Part shown: piece after piece, positions 20,981 through 31,113 of the stretch
Layout of the letters: every line of letters starts with the position of its first letter
Numbering within the stretch: the stretch's first letter is position 1
From: an uncultured Oscillospiraceae bacterium
Lineage (GTDB): Bacteria > Bacillota > Clostridia > Oscillospirales > QAMX01
Assembly: GCA_964439435.1 (NCBI GenBank)
Contig: CAYTOF010000001.1
Coordinates: forward strand, 5,585 to 69,584
Direction of reading: 5' to 3'
Length of the DNA: 64,000 nucleotides
Notes under the pieces: model-generated
Told to the model about the DNA's origin: nothing
Databases searched by the model: none
Seen by the model: the letters and a program-made list of their open reading frames with translations, nothing else
Position numbers and translations under genes: made by a program

Positions 20981-21371
20981 GCGGTCTTGTGCAAGAAGAG
21001 ACAGTAAGCCGGGTTCTGTCGGGTGAGTTTCCCCACCGTGCCGCCATCTATCTGTGGATATGCGTTGCCACATACCTCTTGCCACCTCTTCGGATGTGTG
21101 CGGGCAGCACTGCCGCCTTGACGGCTATCCAATCGGGTGTTGCTCCGAATAGAGTTTACATGAACAACCGGTTACCCGGTTGACGGCGGGCGCTTATCTC
21201 CGCCTTTCCACCCTTACCTTGTCTTTAAAAAGACAAGGCGGTATATTTCTGTTGCACTTGTCCTGAAGTCACCTTCGGCGGGCGTTACCCGTTATCCTTG
21301 CCCTTTGGAGCCCGGACTTTCCTCATGCGCAGTTTACGCACGCGACGGCATTGCTCTCTTGCATAGACCGC
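20981..21371 (-). ncRNA. rnpB: RNase P RNA (ends approximate)
   Basis: The minus strand contains GAGGAAAGUCCGGGCUCC (rc of 21307-21324) and ACAGAACCCGGCUUAC (rc of 21004-21019), the universally conserved RNase P RNA blocks. P1 pairs GCGGUCUAUGCAAGAGAG with CUCUUCUUGCACAAGACCGC. A TTTACT-17-TATAAT promoter lies just upstream. Confidence 0.92.
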
Positions 21372-21430
21372 AAAATAATTATACATAATTTTTGTGATAA
21401 AGTAAAGCAAGGCGCAAAAGGAAAATATAT

Positions 21431-21459
21431 TTGAAGATTTAACATGTATATGTTATAAT
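21431..21459 (+). promoter_or_regulatory. SigA-type promoter for the DUF1292 gene
   Basis: TTGAAG (21431-21436), a 17-nt spacer, then TATAAT (21454-21459). Confidence 0.65.
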
Positions 21460-21492
21460 GAACATGAAAAGATTATAAATTGAGGTGTGTAT

Positions 21493-21810
21493 ATGAGCGA
21501 TGAATATGGGAATGATTTTATAACCCTGACCGATGAAGAGGGAAATGAGATAGAGCTTGAGCATTTGGATACGCTTGAGCATGAAGATGAGACCTATATG
21601 GCTTTCATTCCGGTTTATGACAGTGCAGATGATTTGCTTGAAGATTCGGCGGAGCTCATTATCCTAAAAGTCGAAGAAAGTGACGGAGAGGAATTGCTTG
21701 TCACATTGGACAATGAAGACTTGCTAGAAGAAATATTCGAAATGTTCGTTACACGTCTGGAAGACGAAATGGAAATAGAGGGAGATCCTGATTTTTCCGA
21801 TGATGAATAA
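21493..21810 (+). CDS. DUF1292 family acidic protein
   Basis: Typical DUF1292 pattern (I.L.DEEG.E.E.E.LD....E..Y.A..P) and a very acidic composition. Start set to ATG 21493, with TGAGGTG upstream. Confidence 0.75.
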   Translation: MSDEYGNDFITLTDEEGNEIELEHLDTLEHEDETYMAFIPVYDSADDLLEDSAELIILKVEESDGEELLVTLDNEDLLEEIFEMFVTRLEDEMEIEGDPDFSDDE

Positions 21811-22035
21811 AACTCCCCTGCGTGGTTTGTGATATCGTTTGTTTTTAACCCACAAAGACATGATAAGGGATTCCGCGTGACACGGTGGTTTGCAGGCCTC
21901 CCGCCTGAGAATTTGGGCGGAAGTTGGGAGCAGTAAAGCCGCGTCTAGGTTGCCCACCTGCTGATGAATGTGCAGGTTATTATCGGCGGTACACGGCTAT
22001 CGCGGGGGCATTGTATATTTTCAGGAGGATACGGC

Positions 22036-22860
22036 ATGAATATAAACAGTAAAATCACGCTGAACAACGGTGTTAAAATGCCATTGTTGGGGCTTGGGAC
22101 ATTCCGCTCAGCGGACGGAGATGAGGCATATAATGCCGTTACATACGCTCTTAAAGCGGGATATCGGCACATAGACACCGCCGCGGTATATGGCAATGAG
22201 CAGAGCGTTGGAGATGCAATCAAGGATTTTGGCATTCCCAGAGACGAGATATTTATCACAACAAAGCTGTGGAACGACGATATGAGAAGCGGCACACAGC
22301 GAAAAGCGATTGAAAGCAGCCTTGCAAAGCTTGGCGTTGATTATGTGGACCTCTATCTGGTTCATTGGCCTGTGCGGGGCAAATATGTGGAGTCCTGGCT
22401 TGCGCTTGAAAAGTTTTATGAAGAGGGGCTTGCACGGGCAATCGGTGTGAGCAACTTCCACATCCACCATTTGGAAGATGTGTTCGAAGCCGGCTCTGTG
22501 ATCCCCGCGGTAAACCAAGTGGAGTGTCATCCCTATTTGACACAAGAGCCCTTGGCGGCATACTGTGCTTCTAAAAACATCCTGTTTGAGCCATGGAGCC
22601 CCCTTGCAGCCGGAAAGGCCTTGGGAGACCCCCTGCTGATGGAAATAGGTAAAAAACACAAGAAAACAACCGCCCAAGTTATTTTGCGCTGGGGGTTGCA
22701 GCTTGGTTATGCCAATATACCCAAATCAATCAATGAAGACAGAATCATCTCCAATATGGATTTGTTTGACTTTTCCCTTGATGAAGATGATATGAAAAAG
22801 ATATCCTCCCTAAACAAAGACCAAAGAGTGGGAGCTAACCCCGAGACATTTACCTTCTAA
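22036..22860 (+). CDS. Aldo/keto reductase (2,5-diketo-D-gluconate-reductase-like)
   Basis: Motifs GYRHIDTAAVYGNE, LVHWP and NIPKS. Start moved from 21964 to ATG 22036, with CAGGAGGA 7 nt upstream. Confidence 0.9.
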   Translation: MNINSKITLNNGVKMPLLGLGTFRSADGDEAYNAVTYALKAGYRHIDTAAVYGNEQSVGDAIKDFGIPRDEIFITTKLWNDDMRSGTQRKAIESSLAKLGVDYVDLYLVHWPVRGKYVESWLALEKFYEEGLARAIGVSNFHIHHLEDVFEAGSVIPAVNQVECHPYLTQEPLAAYCASKNILFEPWSPLAAGKALGDPLLMEIGKKHKKTTAQVILRWGLQLGYANIPKSINEDRIISNMDLFDFSLDEDDMKKISSLNKDQRVGANPETFTF

Positions 22861-22868
22861 GAAAAACG

Positions 22869-22911
22869 ATTCAGGGTTATCGCAAATACTGGCGATAACC
22901 CTGAATTTTTG
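22869..22911. terminator. Bidirectional terminator between the AKR gene and pdxK
   Basis: 15-bp perfect stem ATTCAGGGTTATCGC / GCGATAACCCTGAAT followed by TTTTT. Confidence 0.85.
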
Positions 22912-22932
22912 TCGCAAAAAACATATGTAAGC

Positions 22933-23772
22933 TTAAGGTTTGTATATCCCGCCGGCAAGGAGATGCAAGTAGGGCTCAAAGCACACACCTCTGCGCTCAT
23001 TGTCCTCATAGCTCTGGCTTTTCTCCATGGAAAAGGGAACAAAAGCGGCAGCGGAGTCGATGCTTTCATAAAGGGTGTGTCCGGTCATAAGCCCGCCGAC
23101 AAAGACACTGGCAAACAAATCCCCCGTGCCGTGCATGTGATACGGCAGCAGAGCCACAGCTCGCTCGGAATAGCCGTTCTCATCCAAGATGCAGTTGTAG
23201 AGCGTTTTGCCCCGTTCAATGCCGGTGATAATAACATTGGCGGCACCCAGCTTGTGTATTTTTTCAGCAAGGGTGCGGATGTCGTTCTCGCTGACCTTTT
23301 TATCATCATAGGGAGTGTCTGTCAGAACACATGCCTCTGTGAGATTTGGAGTGACAATGTCTGCGACTTTCATCAGCTCTTTCATGCCTTCGCACATCTC
23401 TTTTGTGTAGGTCTTATAGAGTTCGCCGTGATCTGCCATAACCGGATCAATCACAACAAGCTCGGGTGAAAAGCGTTTGGCAAGCTCTGCGATGAGCTCT
23501 ATTTGCTCCGAGGAGCCAAGAAAACCAGAATATATCGCATCAAGCTCAAGGCCAACTTTTTGCCAGTGGTCTATATATGCCGGAATTTCGGGGGAAAAAT
23601 CAAAAAGCGTGAAGCCGTCGAAGTTTGTGTTGGTGGAAAGCAGCGCTGTGGGAAGCGGGCAGACCTCCACCCCGCAAGCCGACAGTACGGGAATTGCGAC
23701 GGTCAGGGCGCATTTGCCGTATCCCGAAAGATCGTGAACGGCCGCCACGCGCGGAAGATGTATGTTTTGCAT
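22933..23772 (-). CDS. pdxK: Pyridoxal/pyridoxamine kinase
   Basis: Ribokinase-superfamily PdxK/PdxY pattern (HDLSGYGKCALT, DPVMADHG, HGTGDLFAS). Start moved from 23805 to ATG 23772. Confidence 0.85.
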   Translation of the reverse strand: MQNIHLPRVAAVHDLSGYGKCALTVAIPVLSACGVEVCPLPTALLSTNTNFDGFTLFDFSPEIPAYIDHWQKVGLELDAIYSGFLGSSEQIELIAELAKRFSPELVVIDPVMADHGELYKTYTKEMCEGMKELMKVADIVTPNLTEACVLTDTPYDDKKVSENDIRTLAEKIHKLGAANVIITGIERGKTLYNCILDENGYSERAVALLPYHMHGTGDLFASVFVGGLMTGHTLYESIDSAAAFVPFSMEKSQSYEDNERRGVCFEPYLHLLAGGIYKP

Positions 23773-23974
23773 ACTTCGAGTCCCTTTCAAATGTATAAAC
23801 ATCAAGATTTTAGCAGTAAAATTATATCATGCCTGGCCACCTAAGTCAAAGCATGATATTTTGCAGCTCTCTTACCACACCTCCGTTTGAGAGCTTTCAA
23901 AAAGGGTTTTCTCTGCAAAAATCTCTGCTGTGCAGATTGGAGGTAAAGGCAAGGTAACTTGTGCTGCAAGTTCT

Positions 23975-24004
23975 TTGACATTCGTCTTTTGAATGTGTTA
24001 CAAT
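23975..24004 (+). promoter_or_regulatory. SigA-type promoter for the carboxypeptidase gene
   Basis: TTGACA (23975-23980), an 18-nt spacer, then TACAAT (23999-24004). Confidence 0.6.
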
Positions 24005-24026
24005 AAAACGAAAATCAAAAGGGGTG

Positions 24027-25550
24027 ATGAATGCGGTGAAAAAAACAGCGCATAGTATTTTTGCGAAGATAATTATTTCTTCTCTGCTTATCCTTACGCT
24101 TTGCGTATGCAATATATATGCGTATGGAGAAGACCATGGTATACCTTCACCGCCTGAGCCCTCCGCCGAGGCGGCATATATATATGAAATGACCACAGAT
24201 ACGATTATATACGAGAAAAACGCGAGAGAGCAGATGTATCCCGCCTCGATTACAAAGATAATGACAGCCCTGCTGGCAGCGGAACACATTGAATCAGGGC
24301 AAGGTCGTCTCGAAGATATAATCACATTTTCTTACAATGCCATCTATGGAATCCCGCGAGACACAATGCACATCTCCATAGATGTCGGGGAGCAGCTCAC
24401 GGTTTTGCAGGTGCTGTATGCAATTTTGCTGCCCTCGGCAAACGAAGCATGTCTCGGAATGGCCGAATATGTGTCGGGAAGCGTGGATGAGTTTGTTCTG
24501 CAGATGAACGAAAAGGCAAAGGCTCTTGGGCTTAAAGACACCAATTTTGTCACTGCCAACGGTTTGCATGATCCAAAACACTATACTACAGCCAAAGACC
24601 TCACGGTCATCATGCAGGAAGTGCTGAAACACGAGCTGATAAAGGAGATCATGTCCACCGCCTCCTATGACATACCTCCGACTAATAAGACAGCATCTCT
24701 GCGTAGGCTGACCAATTCAAACAAATTGATAGTGCCGGGAAGCGGACAACAAAACTCCTATGTGGTGTGCGGCAAGACAGGCTTTACAACACCTGCGGGA
24801 AACACACTTATTGTGTATTCCGAAAAAGATGGATTGAAATACATAACAGTCATACTAAAGGCCGGCCAAGGTACGATAAATGGCGATATGAACGCCCTGG
24901 TCAACTATGTTGCCGACAACTTCAAGATTGTAAATGTGGACAACTTTGTTGAATACACGGTCTCGGTGCCCACCTTCGAAGGCGGACATATTTTAGTTAA
25001 GCCGCAGGACATTTTTCCCCTGTTGATACACACAGAGGATGATTTTACGAGATTTGAAAGGCGATATGATTTGCCCACTGTGTTGAAAAAGCCCGTTACA
25101 GCAGGGGAATTCATCGGCAGGCTTGAGCTGTATGACGGATCTGTCCGAGTTGGCGGAGTTGACCTAGTGGCCGTTTCAAACTCCTTTGTCTCTCCCACGG
25201 AGCCGGAAAGCACAACTGCCCCCTCCTCACAGCCAATACAAACACCCATAGATGACAAAGAAGAACCCACACCGGAGAAGCCGATTGAGCAAAAGCGTTC
25301 GGAGTTTATTTCAAATGTGGCAAAGCTTGCCTTGATTGTTTTGTTTGTCGCCATTTTTTGTATTATCATCTACGGCATAATTATTTTGGTGTCTGTTTTT
25401 ATTCACAGCAAAAGAAAAAAAGAAAACAGCTGTCGTCTTGAAGATCAAGAAACTCATGGAGCAATTGACAACAGTCATCAAAAATTTACTATGCTGAACA
25501 TATTGGATGAGGGGTTCACTCCAACGCAAGATCAATCGGAGGAAGATTAG
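24027..25550 (+). CDS. Serine-type D-Ala-D-Ala carboxypeptidase (peptidase S11) with a Pro/Thr/Glu linker and a C-terminal membrane anchor
   Basis: SxxK (ASITK), SxN (PSANEA) and KTG (GKTGFT) motifs are present. It has an N-terminal signal/TM segment and a C-terminal hydrophobic stretch, LALIVLFVAIFCIIIYGIIILVSVFI. Confidence 0.9.
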   Translation: MNAVKKTAHSIFAKIIISSLLILTLCVCNIYAYGEDHGIPSPPEPSAEAAYIYEMTTDTIIYEKNAREQMYPASITKIMTALLAAEHIESGQGRLEDIITFSYNAIYGIPRDTMHISIDVGEQLTVLQVLYAILLPSANEACLGMAEYVSGSVDEFVLQMNEKAKALGLKDTNFVTANGLHDPKHYTTAKDLTVIMQEVLKHELIKEIMSTASYDIPPTNKTASLRRLTNSNKLIVPGSGQQNSYVVCGKTGFTTPAGNTLIVYSEKDGLKYITVILKAGQGTINGDMNALVNYVADNFKIVNVDNFVEYTVSVPTFEGGHILVKPQDIFPLLIHTEDDFTRFERRYDLPTVLKKPVTAGEFIGRLELYDGSVRVGGVDLVAVSNSFVSPTEPESTTAPSSQPIQTPIDDKEEPTPEKPIEQKRSEFISNVAKLALIVLFVAIFCIIIYGIIILVSVFIHSKRKKENSCRLEDQETHGAIDNSHQKFTMLNILDEGFTPTQDQSEED

Positions 25551-26399
25551 ATGAAAAAGGACAAGCCCACCATACTTATTGCCGTCTTTGCGTTGCTTGG
25601 GATAGCGGCGGGTATCATAAGATATCTTCACAAAACCAAGGGCTTTGACAGCTTGGAACTCGCCGTCAGGGGCAATGTCTACAATATCATGCTCACAGGC
25701 CTTGTTGTATCCGTGCTGTTGTTGATTGTCATCACACTGATATACATGAAAAAAACAGAGCTCTTTACAGGCAGTCAATGCCTTGGGACGATTGGGCGGA
25801 CCTCACTTTTATTTGCTTTTTTGAGTTCCCTTGCCATGGGAGCAGGAGCCGTCATTAAATTTGCCTTAAGTATGCCCTTTGACGGTTGGCAGACTCTTTG
25901 GGGCGTTGTCACCGGCGCTTTGATGTTTTCCGCAGCAGCCGTTCAAATAGGTGTGATCAAAAAGCTATCCCTTAGGAACTGCGGTCACAGGGTGAATGGC
26001 AACACAGCCCTTATCGCCGTATTTATGTCCTGCTTTGTACTGATTGAATTTTACAGAGGAGTGTCCACAAATCCCTCTCCCTCTTTCTATGTGTACAATT
26101 TGTTTTCTCACATATCCCTCATACTCATGCTTTTTGCGTGCGCGGGATATATACACAGACGCGCCTCTCTTTTGAGAATGTTTGTCACACTTATCTCCTT
26201 ACTCTTCTTTGGCACCATGACCTTTGTCAGTGAACTGTTTTACACAATTCACACCGCATCCAAAAGAGGTTTTTTCCTGAGAGATCTGCTTTCCGGTTCG
26301 GTGCTTGAAACCGTGATGATGCTTTACGGGCTGTTTTTTGCCGTGTCTGTGTTGATTTTATTCTTTAGACCCAAAAGAGCTGCAATTATGGAGGAATAA
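25551..26399 (+). CDS. Polytopic membrane protein of unknown function
   Basis: 282-aa ORF with about 7-8 hydrophobic segments. Its ATG directly abuts the carboxypeptidase stop (TAGATG). I recognise no family motif. Confidence 0.6.
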   Translation: MKKDKPTILIAVFALLGIAAGIIRYLHKTKGFDSLELAVRGNVYNIMLTGLVVSVLLLIVITLIYMKKTELFTGSQCLGTIGRTSLLFAFLSSLAMGAGAVIKFALSMPFDGWQTLWGVVTGALMFSAAAVQIGVIKKLSLRNCGHRVNGNTALIAVFMSCFVLIEFYRGVSTNPSPSFYVYNLFSHISLILMLFACAGYIHRRASLLRMFVTLISLLFFGTMTFVSELFYTIHTASKRGFFLRDLLSGSVLETVMMLYGLFFAVSVLILFFRPKRAAIMEE

Positions 26400-26408
26400 C
26401 AATAAAAG

Positions 26409-29400
26409 ATGGTTTCTCTGAGCAAAAAGATTTTCAGCCAAGATGAATTGCTTGCGATAAAGAGAAGGTTGAAGCAGGGAAGCGCACCGGTGATGATTTG
26501 CGGTCTGTCGCCGGTACACCGAGCCATTGCTGCCGCTGCGATTCAAAATGAGCTGTTTTGCTCTGTCGCCGTCCTTACGGCAGATGAGTCGTCGGCGGCA
26601 GCATTTGCCCATGATGCGTCTTTAGTTTCAGGAATTGAATATGCCCTGCTGCAGTCGAGAGATCTTGTCTTCCACGATGTAGAGAGACTCTCGCGCGAAT
26701 GGGAACACAGCCGTTGTGACATTTTCAGTAGGCTGGCCCTTGGCGAACTCAGTGCTGTTGTCGGCACGGTGGAGGCATTCCTTTTGCGCACTATGCCGCC
26801 AAAAGAGTTTGCAAAAGCGACATTCACAATAAAGCTCGGAGAAGAGCAAGACACCGCCACTCTGCCGCAAAAGCTTTTAAATCTGGGATATGTTCGAGCC
26901 GAGCTTGTTGAAGGGGTCGGCCAATTTGCCCTGCGCGGAGGCATCCTTGATATCTATCCGCCCTCTTCACCTCGTGCCGCACGCATCGAGTTTTTTGGAG
27001 ACGAACCGGACTCAATGGGGTTGTTTGACACGATCTCCCAAAGACGAGTTGAAAACATAGATAAAATAACCATACCGCCGGCAAACGAAGCCCCGCCGGA
27101 CCTTGTGTGGGGGGGGCGAAAAGAGTTGGCCGAACGCATAAGAGCCTTGACAAAAGGGCTATCAAGGCAAAAGACTTCGGAAAAATACTTTGACACCATT
27201 GCCCACGACAGCGAGTTGATTGAACAGGGCACGCGTTTTGCCGCAACAGACAGATATCTCTCCCTTTTTTACGATGAGTTTGCCTGTGCGCTGGATCACT
27301 TGCCCGAAAACACCGTTATCTTTATGGACGATAGCCCGCGGGTGAAGGAGCAGGTAAAGACATTTACCAGGCGTATGCAGGAGGATCTCAAGCTCTCCAT
27401 TGAGAGCGGGCTTATAGGAGGACGGCAAACAGGACTGTATCTGGAAGAAGAGAAACTATATAAGCACCTTATTTTAAAATCCGCTGTGATGCTCGACTCT
27501 TTCATTACCCAAAGCTCCGAATTGCCGCCAAGTGAGATTATCAGCCTTGTTTCCAAACAACTTCCGCTTTATCCGGGAAACTTTGATGTTTTATTTGCGG
27601 ATGTGGAGTATTATAAGAGCGCGGGCTATAGGACGTTGATTCTGTGCGCAAACCATGAACGGGCGCAGCATGTTTTAGCTTTATTTGATGAAAAAGATAT
27701 AATTGCCATGTATGACCGCTCAGGCACAGCTCTGCCCCCCGCAGGTGGGGTGATGCTCTCGATTGGCTCTCTCTCTTCCGGTATTGAGCTGACCGGCGCA
27801 GCGCTGGCTGTCCTTGTTTATGGTAGCTCGCAAAGAAGCGAACGCAAAAAATCCATAAAGAGCTCCAAAAAAGCCAGAGATCGATTTAAATCCTTCACGG
27901 ATTTAAAAGAGGGGGATGTTGTCGTCCACGACACCTATGGTATCGGTAGATATTGCGGCATCTCTTCCATGGAAGTGGACGGCATAATGAAGGATTTCAT
28001 CAAGCTCTCCTATGCAGGTAGCGATGTTTTGTATATACCGGTCACACAGTTGGACGTGATTTCAAAGTACCTGGGTGCGGCAGAAGACACAGCCATCAAG
28101 CTCTCAAAGCTCGGGGGTACGGAATGGGCTAAAACACGTGCGCGCGCCAAGGGTGCGGCAAAGAAGATGGCTAAAAAGCTCATCGAGCTGTATGCACAGC
28201 GATCTTCGGTGAGGGGATATTCTTTTTCAAAGGACTCCGAATGGCAAAGAGAGTTTGAAGCGAGATTTGAATTTGAAGAGACAGAAGATCAGCTCATTTC
28301 CTCAAGAGAAATAAAGCGAGACATGGAGAAGAACATACCCATGGACAGGCTTTTATGCGGGGATGTGGGCTTTGGAAAGACGGAAGTCGCTTTCCGCGCG
28401 GCGATGAAATGCATGCTTGATGGAAAACAGGCGGCTTTTCTCGTACCCACAACAGTGCTGGCGCGCCAACACTATATGACGGCCCTGCACAGATTTAGAG
28501 GATATCCCGTCAAAATTGCGATGTTGTCGCGCTTTACGAGCGCGGCTCAAACCGCAGACACATTGAAAAAGCTCAAAGCGGGCTCCGTGGACATGGTCAT
28601 CGGCACTCACAAACTCCTGGGGAAAGCGGTCAAGTTTTCCGATCTCGGCCTTGTGATTATCGACGAAGAACAGCGCTTTGGTGTCTCACACAAGGAAAGA
28701 CTCAAGGAGATGTGCGTGGGAACGGATGTGCTGACGCTTACGGCAACGCCCATACCGCGCACTTTGAACATGGCGCTTTCCGGTGTCCGCGACATGTCTG
28801 TACTCGAAGAATCCCCCCAAGACAGATATCCCGTGGCCACATATGTGCTGGAATATGACAAAGTTATCGTTGCAGATGCGATAAAGAGAGAGCTTTCCAG
28901 GAGGGGGCAGGTCTATTATCTGCACAACAGGGTGGAGACGATAGATCGGACAGCTCAAGGATTGCAAAAACTAATCCCCGAGGCGCGCATAGCTGTGGGA
29001 CACGGCCGCATGGACGAAACTGCTCTCTCAGAGGTCATGCGCGGTGTGACAGACGGTGAATACGATGTTTTGGTCTGCACAACGATAATCGAAGCGGGCA
29101 TTGACATCCCCAATGTGAACACCCTGATAATAGAAGATGCGGACAGACTGGGGCTTGCCCAGCTCCATCAGATACGCGGCAGAGTCGGGCGATCCTCCAG
29201 GAGAGCATATGCTTATCTCACTTTCCGCTCCGACGGTGTGCTCACGGAAATCGGCCAAAAGAGGCTCTCCGCAATCAGGGATTTTGCGGAATTTGGTGCG
29301 GGCTTTAAAATAGCGATGCGAGACCTTGAGATAAGAGGGGCCGGCAATCTGCTCGGCGCGGAGCAGAGCGGACACATGGTTTCGGTGGGATATGATATGT

Positions 29401-29894
29401 ACATGAAGCTTTTAGAAGAAGCCGTTCGAGAGGCAAAGGGTGAGCATCCGGAGGAAAAAAAAGAGTGCCGTATAGAACTTGCCATATCCGCCGGAATCCC
29501 CGAAAGCTATGTTTCCTCCTCCTTTGAGCGCATGGATTTATACCGCAGAATTGCGCGCATTGAATCAGATGAGGACATTCAAGAGATGAAAGATGAGCTT
29601 TTGGACAGATTCGGCGATTTCCCCAAAGAGACGGACACTCTGCTTGAAATAGCCCTCACGCGCCACAATGCAGCCGGGGTGGGAATATCGGAGATCACAG
29701 ACAAAGACAGTGAGATCTCCTTCTATTTTGAAAATCCTGTGTTTGAAAACATATCCAAACTTTTCAATGTCGAGATGCTAAAAGGCAAAATGCTCCTGCG
29801 AGCCGGTGAAAGACCCCATCTTTCTGTGAGAGTGAGATCGGGGGACATCAGGCTTGAGATAGTCAAGAAAGTGGTAAAGACCCTTATGCTTTGA
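26409..29894 (+). CDS. mfd: Transcription-repair coupling factor Mfd
   Basis: 1161 aa, with helicase motif I GDVGFGKTEVA, motif II DEEQRFG, and a TRG-type C-terminal region. Confidence 0.96.
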   Translation: MVSLSKKIFSQDELLAIKRRLKQGSAPVMICGLSPVHRAIAAAAIQNELFCSVAVLTADESSAAAFAHDASLVSGIEYALLQSRDLVFHDVERLSREWEHSRCDIFSRLALGELSAVVGTVEAFLLRTMPPKEFAKATFTIKLGEEQDTATLPQKLLNLGYVRAELVEGVGQFALRGGILDIYPPSSPRAARIEFFGDEPDSMGLFDTISQRRVENIDKITIPPANEAPPDLVWGGRKELAERIRALTKGLSRQKTSEKYFDTIAHDSELIEQGTRFAATDRYLSLFYDEFACALDHLPENTVIFMDDSPRVKEQVKTFTRRMQEDLKLSIESGLIGGRQTGLYLEEEKLYKHLILKSAVMLDSFITQSSELPPSEIISLVSKQLPLYPGNFDVLFADVEYYKSAGYRTLILCANHERAQHVLALFDEKDIIAMYDRSGTALPPAGGVMLSIGSLSSGIELTGAALAVLVYGSSQRSERKKSIKSSKKARDRFKSFTDLKEGDVVVHDTYGIGRYCGISSMEVDGIMKDFIKLSYAGSDVLYIPVTQLDVISKYLGAAEDTAIKLSKLGGTEWAKTRARAKGAAKKMAKKLIELYAQRSSVRGYSFSKDSEWQREFEARFEFEETEDQLISSREIKRDMEKNIPMDRLLCGDVGFGKTEVAFRAAMKCMLDGKQAAFLVPTTVLARQHYMTALHRFRGYPVKIAMLSRFTSAAQTADTLKKLKAGSVDMVIGTHKLLGKAVKFSDLGLVIIDEEQRFGVSHKERLKEMCVGTDVLTLTATPIPRTLNMALSGVRDMSVLEESPQDRYPVATYVLEYDKVIVADAIKRELSRRGQVYYLHNRVETIDRTAQGLQKLIPEARIAVGHGRMDETALSEVMRGVTDGEYDVLVCTTIIEAGIDIPNVNTLIIEDADRLGLAQLHQIRGRVGRSSRRAYAYLTFRSDGVLTEIGQKRLSAIRDFAEFGAGFKIAMRDLEIRGAGNLLGAEQSGHMVSVGYDMYMKLLEEAVREAKGEHPEEKKECRIELAISAGIPESYVSSSFERMDLYRRIARIESDEDIQEMKDELLDRFGDFPKETDTLLEIALTRHNAAGVGISEITDKDSEISFYFENPVFENISKLFNVEMLKGKMLLRAGERPHLSVRVRSGDIRLEIVKKVVKTLML

Positions 29895-30070
29895 AAAGAA
29901 CAGAGAAAAAGCACCGCTGTAAAGAGCCATAGATATAAAAAATGAGGCCGGAATCACATATTCATGGAACGGCAACAAAGCCATGCTAAACTGTTTACAA
30001 AGCCCCACATACATGATAAAATAATGAGAAAGTTCAAAAAGAGACACCAACTATAGAAAGGCGCAAAAAT

Positions 30071-31087
30071 ATGCCGAAAAAGTTTTTTAGGCCCTTGGCG
30101 CTGCTACTCGCGGCTATTTGTATTCTAACCCTATTTGCCGGATGCAGCCAAAAAAGTGCGACGGTATTCACCGTCAACGGAGAAAAAGTCAAGTACGAAG
30201 ATTTCATGGCACACCTGTTTTTTACGAAATACGACCTTTTTTCAGGATATGTACAAAACGGACAGATGCGACTTTCTGACCTCTATATTCTAAACGAAGA
30301 GATGCTTTCAGAAAAACTGGACGATCAGATAACACTAAGGGATTATCTCAAAGCTATGACAAATGAGTCCGCCGCCGCTGCGATGATTTACAGGCAGTTG
30401 GCAGACAAACATAAACTCAGCCTCACTGCTTCCGACAAAAACAACATAGACAGCACTATGTCCTCTTGGATAAAATCCCTTGGCGGAGCCGCTGCATACA
30501 ATAAATTTTTAAATGACAACAGAATGTCTGAAAATGCTCTCAGAAGATATTTTCAAGACAGAATATATATGGAAAAGCTCATGGGACTTTTTTCTGACGA
30601 CGGCATTTTTGGACTCACCAACGAAGAAAGAGCAAAAGCCAAGGAACAATACGGTGAGATCTATATGTCCGCAAGACACATTCTTTTTGCGACTATTGAC
30701 CTGACATACAAAACACCCTTAAGCGATGAAATCAAGGCAAATAAGCTTGCAAGCGCAAAGGAAGTGCTTAAAGAACTGCAAAAAGGTGAAGATTTTGAAG
30801 CGATGATTGAAAAACACAGCGACTCAAAGGACGGTCTTATGACCTTTAGAAAAGGTGAGATGGACGAAAAGTTTGAAAAAGCCGCCTTTGATTTGAACGT
30901 CGGGGAGATGAGCGATATCGTGGAAAGCTTTTTTGGATACCATATAATCCTTCGTGAGCCCTTGGCGGAGGATAGGCTCGAAGAGTACTATAATATCGCA
31001 AAAAGTGAAAAGTTCAGTATATTTATAAACGAAGCGGAATCAATAGTCAACTCAAAAAAGCTTTTGACAAACATAGATATCAGATAA
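30071..31087 (+). CDS. PrsA/SurA-like parvulin peptidyl-prolyl isomerase lipoprotein
   Basis: Lipobox LFAGC after a signal peptide, and parvulin motifs (ARHILF, SFFGYHII). Confidence 0.85.
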   Translation: MPKKFFRPLALLLAAICILTLFAGCSQKSATVFTVNGEKVKYEDFMAHLFFTKYDLFSGYVQNGQMRLSDLYILNEEMLSEKLDDQITLRDYLKAMTNESAAAAMIYRQLADKHKLSLTASDKNNIDSTMSSWIKSLGGAAAYNKFLNDNRMSENALRRYFQDRIYMEKLMGLFSDDGIFGLTNEERAKAKEQYGEIYMSARHILFATIDLTYKTPLSDEIKANKLASAKEVLKELQKGEDFEAMIEKHSDSKDGLMTFRKGEMDEKFEKAAFDLNVGEMSDIVESFFGYHIILREPLAEDRLEEYYNIAKSEKFSIFINEAESIVNSKKLLTNIDIR

Positions 31088-31113
31088 GCAGGACTTTTTT
31101 GACGACCTTTAAA

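Noticed and set aside
21053-21061. TGTGGATAT (8/9 DnaA box)
   Set aside because: It lies inside the RNase P RNA gene as a single isolated copy, so it is most simply part of the RNA sequence.
21899-21925. CTGAGA-containing hairpin in the AKR leader as a TPP riboswitch
   Set aside because: Only the CUGAGA hexamer matches. The ACCC..GAACCUGA..GG.UAAU.CC.GCG elements of the THI box are absent. I also tried ykkC, ZTP and fluoride motifs by eye and could not fit them.
21964-22035. Upstream Met/Val/Leu start codons proposed by the ORF track for several genes (for example 21964, 3871, 9559, 17478, 54247, 40073, 40648, 23805)
   Set aside because: In each case an internal ATG, GTG or TTG is preceded at 5-10 nt by a clear GGAGG-like SD and coincides with the conserved N-terminus of the family. 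The longer extensions lack an SD or overlap upstream signals.
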